This document shows positions 1 to 9,902 of a stretch of DNA of 64,000 bases, in pieces (the first letter of the stretch is position 1; each line of letters starts with the position of its first letter). Both the position numbers and the translations under genes were made by a program. The notes under the pieces were generated by a model. The model made no database searches and was not told the origin of the DNA. It worked only from the letters and a program-made list of their open reading frames with translations. The stretch lies in the NCBI GenBank assembly GCA_000091205.1, contig AP006490.2, one strand, 5' to 3'. Origin of the DNA: Cyanidioschyzon merolae (taxonomy: Eukaryota).

Positions 1-1278
1 CCCAGACCTCGTCAAGTGCTAACCAGCACGGGTGACGCGGTTCATGGTTCTCGTTAGTCGGCGAGTACACCCGAGGCCTCGGCTCAAATGCCTCCGGAGA
101 TACCATCGGTACCGGTTCCAGAGCAGAGCACTCCAAGACAAAGCCCTGATGCGGTCGATTTCCGCACAAGGTGTTCAGCGTACCTTTATCGACGCGCTGA
201 ATCTTCACTCCCTGCTGATTCGCAGCGAGAAGAATCTGCTCTTCCACTGCTTTTTTCGTTTCTCTTCGCGGGACCGGATATTGTTGTTCTTGATGCTCTA
301 CAGACACTGCCAACCTATCCAGCAGAAAGAGCTCGTAGAAATGCGCTCGCCGACGGGCGCTCAGCGCTGCGAATACCGGCGCCAGTCCATAGAGAAAGTC
401 ATGGCCGCTCTGCAGTTTTTCCTGCAACGGTGAAAGTACATCGCGCTGACGAGGAGGCCTTGCACCTGGTCCGCGGCGCCATTGCCGTTCCGTGAGCTCC
501 GTTTCGGGCTTTGGAAACGAAGGCGCTCTGTCAGCAGAGCGCGGAAACGGTGCACGTTTTCCGCTCCGCTGTTTCGGGACTTGCGGGCGCGGCTCCGACT
601 CCGATGCAGCTGCGTACCAGCGAACGCGATAAACGCTTCGTGCGCGCAGCCTCCTACCTAAACCAGCACCAATGCCTCCAAAGCGCGAAGCAAGAACGGC
701 TGGCGTCCAGCGATGAAGCCCCGCTATCCATGCAACCGCGGGATCCATTCGTTGATCGAGCGAGACGCAGTGCTCGCTAGGCATCTTGCGGAATTTATCC
801 CTCCAGTCAAACTCAGGCTGAGCGCAGAAGTTTCGCTCCATGGAAACTGCTTTCAGTTTCGCACTAGAGCGGCCCGCTGAAGTATGCACCAGCGGGAAAG
901 CGGGGGCGGTCTGACAACGGTGCAGCCGCTGCACGCTATACGGAGCTTCTCCAGACTCAACTTTGATGTACCGAGTGGAAACAAGGCACGCTGGAGAAAC
1001 AAAGAGAAAGGTTTGCGTAACAGCGCAACTGAAGAAAAACAGCAGTCAATACGACAGCAAGCAAGCAAAGCGTTTCGAACGGTGCTGGTCGAGGAAGCCA
1101 TATGTCGAGGGGGCGCTCTCAAGTCTGTACAAAGTAGTACAAAGCTTTGAGGACGTCGTTTGTCTCCTCGTTCGCATATACTCGCTGACGTTCGTGTTGG
1201 ACCAGGTTGTTGACGGGGCGGAGGTGTTCACGATTCGGCAGGCATCACCTATTCTGTAGCGTCCAACTGGACTGGAAC

Positions 1279-4200
1279 ATGTCCAGTGATAATGGAGCGG
1301 TACCTCGCGGAGACTCCAGCGAGTTCCAGGACGCAAACTGGCCGGCAGATGCCGCCCCAGCACTGAGCGGCTTTCTCTTTGGCAACGTCGACGCCGAAGG
1401 CCGTCTCGAAGCAGACTACCTCGATGCGGACGCGAAAGCCTCGCTGCACGTCATAGCACCAATGGTGCTGCCCGACGATGCCGAGGTGTTCACTGTCGCT
1501 ACAGCACGCGCGAGCAAAAACTTCAACGACGGACACGAGCTCGGAGCGGACCCGAGGGCCTCGAGTGCGCTCGGGAGAGGCGTGTCGCAGGTGCTCACCT
1601 CCGCTCCACTGAACGGGGATACTGGTCTGGTGCATGCTGCCTCCGCTGCGCCTGAGACCGAACAAGATCGAGTGAGGCCGCTGCGCTCGACCCCGTCGCT
1701 TGTCCAAGACAGGAGCGCGTCTCCCGAGAACCTCGACTTTTACGATGCGTCTGATCTCTCTGAAGACCTCGATACCAGTTTCGACTCCCCGGGATTTATG
1801 AAGCCCTCTTCGAGCGCTCCACAGCGGACGTTGGAAGTGGTCGTAGGGGCATCGGAGGGCGCGCTGCCTTCCGCTGAGAGCAGCGAGCATCAACACCGGC
1901 ACGGAGACGAAAACGCGTATAGCCTTCATGAGCAAGCTGCTCGCGAGGCGCTGCTCTCCACGGACTATGACGCCCTAAGTGAAGGCGATGATGAAACGGG
2001 CGACTCGAAACTGAAGGTCGCCGAGCCCGCCAGACTCGGACCTGGAACCTCATCTGCGGGCTCTGAACGAGCGTTGCTGTCGGCGGAGAGAGCGCCCCTG
2101 CAACCTCAACCGGCTGCGAAAGCCTCTTCGCCTCAACAGAATCTTTGCTCAGATACGGATATACCGCGTTTCACGCGCTTCCTTGTGCCAGAGGAGCTGG
2201 TGCATCCATTTCACGCCACGAAGCGGAAACGAATCCGCTGGCAGAGCAAGTCGACACAAGCAGATGATCCGTCCGAACGCCTGGTCGGTGAGGAGCTTCT
2301 CTTCCAACGACCAGAGGATCTCAGATGGATCCGTTTTCCCTATGCCTACCTGATTTTAGACGACATGCAAGAGGTACAGGAGCTCTTGCGCAAGACGATC
2401 CACCGACGTGTCCTAGCGGGCCGCGCTGGTGAATCCAAAGCGAATACCCGCCGCTGCACACCGCTGGTAGCTGAAGCGGTCACAGAGATAGCGTCCAGTC
2501 GTGAAGGTACTCCAGCGACACCAGCACACCAAGCCGTCGAGGCGCCTGTAGCGGATGCTCACCGCTCTAACGGGCGATTGGCTGCAGGGGAGCGCACGCG
2601 AGCCGCAGCACCTTGTGCTCGTCCACATACGACAAGCGCGGACGATACCTGCGCTGCTTTTCTGTGGCAGCAATGGCAATGGGAGCAGGATGTCTGCTGG
2701 GAAGAAACCAACAAGTCCACAACATTGCGATATTTGCCGGCTTCAGAGCGACTCGAACATGACGCGCAGCGAAATGAAGCGCTTGTCAATGGCGCCTGGA
2801 CGCAGCTGGTCGCCTGGGAAGGACCGGCACCTGTGTGGCAGCGCTGGCGTCATCAGCTGGGGAAGAAAACCACCAGCGTACTAGAACTAGATGAGCATGC
2901 GATTGCCATCAGCAGACGATTCAGCTGGCTGCATCTGGATGAGAATGATCCTCAGCTGATTCTGTGTCGCGCTGCGAATCGGCTGTTAACACAATCAGCG
3001 CCGAATCTGTACCTGCCGCAGCAGTTAGGCCAGATAGAGTCCCTGCTCATGAATGCGTCCAACGATCGTTTTTACGGTATCGAGATGACCGGGCAAAGGC
3101 GACGGAGTGCCCGCACCGAGGCCCTCGCAAACTTGCGTCATGCACTGAAAGCGCGCCAGGGCTATACCTCGGCGTGGTGCTACGGCTACACGGAACCCCA
3201 GAGTTACTATCGACCGAATATCTTGCCGATACTCTGGCAGTTGTGCGGTCAGCGTGCGGTGCCGTTGCTCCTATTTGCGGCAAAGTCGGCGCCCTCGATG
3301 CTACCGCACGAGATGCGTGCCTGGGTCCCGAAGAGCTGGAGCGACCTCTCGGGCATTTCGCCCAAAGCAGGCGGAGATATTTACTTGTTTGAATATCCAC
3401 TGGAAGCCGATCCTTTTCTGGTCCAATTGCCAGGTATGGCTAGTCGGCTGCTCACCTATAGTCGCCGTGCAGCTGACGACACGGTCTCGAATCCCAGCGA
3501 AGACCCCGATACCGTCTATCTTGCCGCAGACGACTTGCCTCCGCTGCACACCGGAGACGTGCGCCCCGGTCAGGTGTTACGCGTCTATGAGAACAATGCG
3601 TTTGCGGCTCCGTTTGAACCCGTTTCGCCACCTCAAACGGACTTTTTGGTCGTCTGTTCCGCTCAGCGCGGATTATACGTACGTCCAATCAAGCAAGTCC
3701 TAGCGATCGGGCGTCTCGAGCCACGGAACCGGCCCAAGGTCATGATTCCCAATAGTGACCGCATGAAGCGTTTCGTGAAAAACAAGATAGAACTCGATGT
3801 AACTCGTGAGCTGATTCGGCGTGGCGATACCGGGGTCGAGCGCTCCGAGGTCATTCAGATGTTCCCGCGACGTCGGGTTTACCCCGAGACCACGATTGCG
3901 AGCGTGCTGCGCGAGACTTGCGACAATGCCCGGAACCGTTACGTTATCAAGAAGAACTATGTAGAGACCGTATGGCCCAAACGTGAGCTCGAGTTGTTGC
4001 GTTTCGTGACGCCCGAGGAAACCTGCGCCTTCGAATCGATGGAAATCGGCTGGGAGCAGCTGTCTGCCAAAGGGATCACGATCTTTTCGAGCCCGTCTAT
4101 GCAGGGAAACATCGTTGGCGGAGCCGAGAAAGCAGGTCTCGGAGCCCGAGGTATCGAGATTGCTCGCTACATTCGAGAGGAACTGGCCAAGACACGTTGG

Positions 4201-5475
4201 GTTCGCACTGAGGTGCTCGTGCGCGCTCAGAAGAGTCTCCAGTTCGCGCTGCGGAGTGTACTGAGTGCTGCATCCCTGGCGATGGATATCTTACGCGGCA
4301 ATCCAGCTGCGGACGATCGACTCAAAACCATGTCGCGGGATGATGCGCTGCGGTTTTTGAAAGTGCAGTTCTCATGCAACCTGAACCCTTCCCAACGCGC
4401 AGCCATTGACGTTGCCGAGACCAGAGCTGCCACCGTCCGTCAAATTGCCCTTGAGAGAGCCCGTCAACGCCCGCTTGTACCGCTTGCTGTTCAAGTGCAA
4501 CGTCTCATCGATGAACACGTCCAGACGGTACGGGCGCTCTCGCTGGAGCACCAGCTGGTGCTGCTACGTGAGGGATACCCCCGCAGCGCCACCGGTCGCC
4601 CTAGCGGCAGCGGCCTCAACAACAACATCGGCAGAAAAGCGCTGCAACGCATGGAGAATTCTCGGGCAACGAACATGCCCAAACCTGCTGATGACTGGGA
4701 GGAGCGGCAGGAGCTGTCACGTCTGTTGGCCTCGCAGCGGCGGAGTGTGCCGGCTCCGATGGACTCGGGACTCTCCGTATCCGGTTCTGATCGGCGCTCA
4801 GAGGCGTCAAGCGCACCTGTGCAGTATGTGCGCAAGCGTCGCTTGAAGATCATCCGCCGAATCAACGGTCAGGTGCAGGTGCTGTATCTGGAAGATCCCC
4901 AGGAGATAGAGGCGTATCTTCAGCATCGGCGGATGCGTGAGGAGGCCCTCCGCACCGGCATTGGGGGCGGGATCGGATTCGCTGCTCGCAGTATGACACA
5001 GAGTCGCAAAGCAGGTAAGAAGGGAACCGCAGAAGAGCGTCTCCGGGAGCGCCTCGAAGAGTTGGCTGAAGCAGCGCGGCGCATCAACGCGTGGATGCTG
5101 GGGCCCACGACGGCGCTCGGTGCCGCCAAACCTGCAACAACAATGACAACAACAACAGGAGCAGCAGGAGCAGCGACCAGTGCTTCTAATGGTGCAAGTA
5201 CCGCTCAGAGCTCACACGCTATCGCGGAAGCGCTCTCTGGCGCCGTGCATACGATCCGAGAGTCCATTCGGATCAGCGGTGCCTCAACAAACCAGGCCGT
5301 AGGCACTCTGGGAGACACCGGGCGCCTGCAGCAGCGGCCTGCAGCGCCACCGGCAACGTCCATGAGAGCAGAGACAGGTGCTGCTTCTATGCAGCATCAT
5401 CAGGCGGGTCTGTGGCTGGACGCGAGCGCCTCCAACTCGACCGATGTCTCTTGGTTGCGGGTGACACTACCAAAT

Positions 5476-5508
<33 letters not shown>

Positions 5509-6594
5509 GCAGGAACGCCTCCAGTAGCCAGTTTTCGCAGTGTAGCCGAACGCGACGGTGAGGCATCCCTACTGGAGCCTAGCCAGGCCGGGTTCCCCGC
5601 TGCGCACCGCAAGCCCGACACCATCGAGAGCGGTCAGCACGGAGACCAGATACCTTCTGTCGAGCACAGTGACCAGCAGGGAGCATTTGCGTGGCTCGCC
5701 CCGGATCGAGCGAATGCGCTCACCTCAGACCTGAGTCAGTCATCGAGCCGAAACGCTTCCCCGAAACCCTCATCACTCGTCACCAATGGCGCTGGTGCGC
5801 CCAGCCGCCTCAAGCTGCGCATTCCCGCTGCACTTGCAACCGAAGCGCCGGGGCTTTCTCAGGGAGCTCAGCTGCACGGCACTGCGGAGAGTACGAGTGG
5901 CGTGCCGGCACCGGCGCTGACTAGTGAAGCGCCCCCCTCATCCGGTGTGCCGCGCATTTTCATTTGGGCACCCAAAGATGAGCCTGAGGGCTCGCTATCC
6001 GCATCTACGCGGACGTCGAGCGGATTCGAAGCATCCACCGCCCTGGCGAAGGATACGACCCTCTGGGTGGAACAGGGCTCATCACCGCGACCTGGTCCCC
6101 GAGTTCGGGTCAGCAAACGTAGCAGCGGCAAAGTGCACCTGAACAATATTCTACGGGAGGTGGAAACCTGCGTTCGCGATGCCGAAGGCGTTGTTGTTGC
6201 CACCACGCCCTACATCTCTGTGGTGCGCGTACGTCCGGGTGAAGCGCTGCCCCCGGGCGGGCTCGATCGACCCGCCAAGCTTGCCGTAGCCGGGAACATC
6301 GACTTTATCAATCCGGTACGTGACGCTGCGTACCGCAAGAAAATACCGTTACCAAAGCAGATGTACTTGCAGAGAATACGGCGCAAATGTGAGGAGGTCG
6401 CCTATAATTCGGTGGACGAGTTCCTGTCGGATATGCGCCAGATTGTAGAGAATGCTCGTCAGTACCATACAGCTCCCGAAGCACACTGGGTCGTCCAACA
6501 CGCCGAGTACCTGCACGAGGCAGCCGAGGAGGAGCTCAAGAAACGACAACAGGATATCGACGAGGCGATTCAACGGGACGCGCAGGCACCCTGA
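1279..6594 (+). CDS. TAF1: TFIID subunit 1 (TAF1)-like protein: central TAF1/DUF3591-like conserved region and one C-terminal bromodomain; ~1771 aa, apparently intronless (ORF also open from upstream ATG at 1207)
   Basis: Single 5.4 kb ORF. Central segment ...VLRVYENNAFAAPFEPVSPPQTDFLVVCSAQRGLYVRPIKQVLAIGRLEPRNRPKVMIPNSDRMKRFV... recalls the conserved TAF1 core (ENNLFRAPI..TDFLIIRT..G.YIRE). C-terminus YLQRIRRKCEEVAYNSVDEFLSDMRQIVENARQYHTAPEAHWVVQHAEYL looks like a bromodomain. Ends in TGA at 6592-6594. Internal (CAG)10 gives polyQ. Confidence 0.55.
5476..5506 (+). repeat. (CAG)n trinucleotide repeat encoding a polyglutamine tract inside the TAF1-like CDS
   Basis: cagcagcagcagcagcagcagcagcagcag read directly; translated QQQQQQQQQQQ in frame. 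Confidence 0.95.
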
Positions 6595-7150
6595 AGTTTT
6601 ACACCCGTGTCAGATAAAAATGGGACACTGAACTGGTTGTTCTCTATATGGTTTTCCATGTCGTATCGTGGTTGTCAGATGCTCGGCCTCGACACCCATA
6701 AGATACCAGGACTGGTGTACCGTTTCGTACGCATGAGGATGCGCGGTTTTGTTTTGCGAGCGCTTTCTTCGACGCTTTGCCCCTGGCATTTTCAGAACGT
6801 CATCGGAATGGTGATGATTCGTGGCACCTTCGAGACCGGATTCGTCCAACGAATGAATTCTTAATCGATTGCATAGGTCGGGGCCTTCAGTGCTCCTCGT
6901 ACCGTATGTGTAGCGTGTTCCATGCCACAGTTGCATCAAGTGTTCGATCGTTCTGATTGCAGGCGCTTCGTGAGCGCTGGCACTCACGACGCTGCATCAA
7001 CGAGACAAAGATTCTCGAACTTGTCCCTGAACGACTTTTTCACACCAAATCAGAACGAGCGTCCACCGAACTTTTCTGATAGCATTATCGATTCCATCGG
7101 AGAGGCGAGCGCTGCTCTTTAACCATTCGTAAACGAAACAAGATTCGTTA

Positions 7151-7195
7151 GCATCAGCAGCATCAGCAGCATCAGCAGCATCAGCAGCATCAGCA
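7151..7195. repeat. (GCATCA/CAGCAT)n hexanucleotide microsatellite, ~7 units, intergenic
   Basis: gcatcagcagcatcagcagcatcagcagcatcagcagcatcagc read directly. Confidence 0.95.
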
Positions 7196-7330
7196 CCTGG
7201 ATATCTGTCTAGGGATAAGCGCACAGGAGTTTCCGCCCCTACGGTTTCTAGGGTAAAGGTTCCTGGGCTCGGACTTGGCCTTGGGCGTGAATCAGCGCTG
7301 CGAACGATTCCAGTAGCGAGCGCTCTACCG

Positions 7331-8206
7331 CTACGGACGAATGTCGCGTAGAACGCTCGGCAAATCCCGAGGTACGCGCGCAAGCCGCGGTTTCCCTTTC
7401 GGTACCTGATTCATCATGAACTGCATCGCCTCCCATCCATCCTCTACCGAATGCAACAGTATGCGCTTGCGTGTGTCGCGGAAAGAGCACTTGGCTGGGG
7501 AATCGCTCAGAAGAAGCCTGGGATCATAGAGAACGGCACCGGGCGCGAAAACGGAGGATGGCATCGAGGCGAACCCCGTGCACCCATCAAGTCCATGAAA
7601 CGAGCGATGACCTGAGCCTTCTCGGATGCCAGGGCAGCACTTGGAGCAGTAGCTACGGTGACAACGCGGGAATAACTGACCCAGGTCAAGTGTCAGTGCT
7701 ACGAGCAGCGCACCGGCGCTTGATCCATAGAAGACCACGCAAATGACAAGCGATGCATCGATCGCAGCTTCCGCCTGTGCATGGTACTGGTCGACGACAG
7801 CCACAAGCGGCGATATCGGGACACGGAACCCTACCACGAGTATCTTTTCATTGCTGACGATGGAGCTGCTGGCACACGGGAGACCCGTCGTACCAGTAGC
7901 AGGAGATGCGAGAGACACCGAAAAAGCCCGATTATGCTGGTGCTGAAGACAACGGAACGAGGCATCAACTTGAGCTAGGACGCTGGAGTCAGCCAAGCTG
8001 ACCCATTCCATTTTTTCTCTGCCAAGGACACAGAAATGAACGATGATCAGCTGCAGGGCCGAACGCGCAGCACCATGTTCCTCGGTGATGTACCTGGGTA
8101 TGCTGCAACAAATCAGCACGACTGGAGACTGCTCGCTCAAGGACGGATCGTCGAAGCCATCCTTGTTCGACTTTTCGACGTCGTCGGATGCCTGAAACCT
8201 TTTCAC
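7331..8206 (-). CDS. hypothetical protein, 291 aa; possible alpha/beta-hydrolase-like fold (GxSxG-like FYGSSAGA motif); function unknown
   Basis: Intact ORF in the GC-rich context. Motif VICVVFYGSSAGALLVAL resembles a nucleophile elbow. I recognise no family with confidence. Confidence 0.3.
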   Translation of the reverse strand: MKRFQASDDVEKSNKDGFDDPSLSEQSPVVLICCSIPRYITEEHGAARSALQLIIVHFCVLGREKMEWVSLADSSVLAQVDASFRCLQHQHNRAFSVSLASPATGTTGLPCASSSIVSNEKILVVGFRVPISPLVAVVDQYHAQAEAAIDASLVICVVFYGSSAGALLVALTLDLGQLFPRCHRSYCSKCCPGIREGSGHRSFHGLDGCTGFASMPSSVFAPGAVLYDPRLLLSDSPAKCSFRDTRKRILLHSVEDGWEAMQFMMNQVPKGKPRLARVPRDLPSVLRDIRP

Positions 8207-8484
8207 AAGCGTGCGGCTCGCTTTGGAACCTCAGCTGTGCTGTGTTCAGCGGCTCGCGAACGCCTGCGCAAAAGCACGTTTCCTGAAGGCAGTCCAGAAA
8301 TACAAGGACTAGGGAAACGTCGGCATCATCATCAGGAAGGTTTCGTATTGCCATGCCATCTCCCGAGGCGCAGCGATGTTGTGCTCCATCGTCCGTCCCG
8401 TGCGCAATACCGTAGTGTTTCCGTTCAATACCCGCCAGGTTGCCGTACTTAACTCGATGCGCTCCAGCATCATTTACCTCATGT

Positions 8485-9231
8485 TCACAGCTCTCCGTGT
8501 ACATCATCGCTTTGAACTCCGTCTGGCGACAGTTCACCCGAGTCCACGATGGTGACGAGTCGTTTCGGGGTTCCAGACGCCGATCCAACTGCCTCCAGCT
8601 GGGCAAGGACGCGTTCGCTCTCGGCACCTACGATCTTACCAAAGACAACGTGGTGTCCATCGAGCCAAGGTGTCTCCTGGAACGTGATGAAAAACTGAGA
8701 TGAACCCGTATGCGGACCCGCATTCGCCATCGAGACGTAGCCACGTCCTCGATGTCTCACGAGAAAGTTCTCGTCAGGTAACCGTGGTCGACCATCCGCA
8801 CAGATACCTCCGGTACCGTCACCAGCAGTGATATCGCCCATCTGGATCATAAACTTGGGAATAATGCGGTGACTGTGGCTTTGGCGGAAGCCAGTGCCCT
8901 TGCCCTTCCCATCCCCGACGCCTTGGTTGCGTGCGAGTCGCAGAAAGTTCTGCACAGTTCGCGGCGTCGTATCACCAAACAGACCTATTGTTACTCGACC
9001 TATACGCTCCGAATCAATCGCCATGTCCAGGTAAGCGTAGTGCGTGATGCGTTCCCACTTGCTGCTCGGGTTACGCGGGCGTTCCGCACCTGCTCCAGCA
9101 GCGAGCACACAGCGCCCTGAAGGCAAGAAGCGCGTACAACAGACCAGTGCTACGAGCGTGCCTAGCAAGAACAGTTTGAAAAGTGAAGTGCCCGCTTTCA
9201 TGGTCCGCTCAGCGTTTCTCTGAGTTTGCAA
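8485..9231 (-). CDS. peptidyl-prolyl cis-trans isomerase, cyclophilin B-type with N-terminal signal peptide (secretory/ER form)
   Basis: Translation matches cyclophilin core motifs: GRVTIGLFGDTTPRTVQNFLRLA, HRIIPKFMIQMGDITAGDGTGG, GYVSMANAGPHTGSSQFFITFQETPWLDGHHVVFGKIV. Hydrophobic N-terminus MKAGTSLFKLFLLGTLVALVCC. Stop is TGA. Confidence 0.9.
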   Translation of the reverse strand: MQTQRNAERTMKAGTSLFKLFLLGTLVALVCCTRFLPSGRCVLAAGAGAERPRNPSSKWERITHYAYLDMAIDSERIGRVTIGLFGDTTPRTVQNFLRLARNQGVGDGKGKGTGFRQSHSHRIIPKFMIQMGDITAGDGTGGICADGRPRLPDENFLVRHRGRGYVSMANAGPHTGSSQFFITFQETPWLDGHHVVFGKIVGAESERVLAQLEAVGSASGTPKRLVTIVDSGELSPDGVQSDDVHGEL

Positions 9232-9522
9232 GCGATGCGCTCCGAGTGATAAGTCGGCAGCTCTGCAACCTCGCGTAACCAGGGTGTGCTTGACGATTTG
9301 TTGACGCTGCGTCTGGCCAGTGCGAACGAACGTCGTTTTCTCCAGTGGACGTCGGCTGCCGACTCAGAGGGTTCCTGCGATGAACCGCTGGAGTGCACAA
9401 GGTATGGTGTGTTGTACGTGTGATCGATAAGACGCACACGAGAAGAGTGAAGGCGACGGAACCGCGGTAACCGCACTGGCGCACAACGTTACCGCTCGCA
9501 GTCGGCAACGCGAACGTTAACT

Positions 9523-9658
<136 letters not shown>

Positions 9659-9902
9659 GGGTTTTGTCGTGCGCTTCTACTGCTGTAGGAGTCGGAGCGA
9701 GTGCTCCGGATACGACGAACCCGCACCCGCTTTTCCGGGCGGTTTCTCGTTGCGTGTACCTTTGTTGCGCTTCAAAAGCCGTCCTAATGGTGTAGGCACT
9801 AGCGTCTCGTGCTGGTGGCTAGTTGAGGTCAATGCAGGCAAGCAGTCTGCAGGACGGAATCAGGCATAGAGTCCTGAACGATACAGGACTTTACAGTACT
9901 GT

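Noticed and set aside
1249-1935. Antisense or alternative-frame ORFs inside large genes (e.g. 1249-1935, 7989-8627, 33203-34054, 56959-57522, 10033-11633 set)
   Set aside because: High GC inflates stop-free frames. Each overlaps a strongly supported conserved CDS on the other strand or frame and shows no recognisable motifs.
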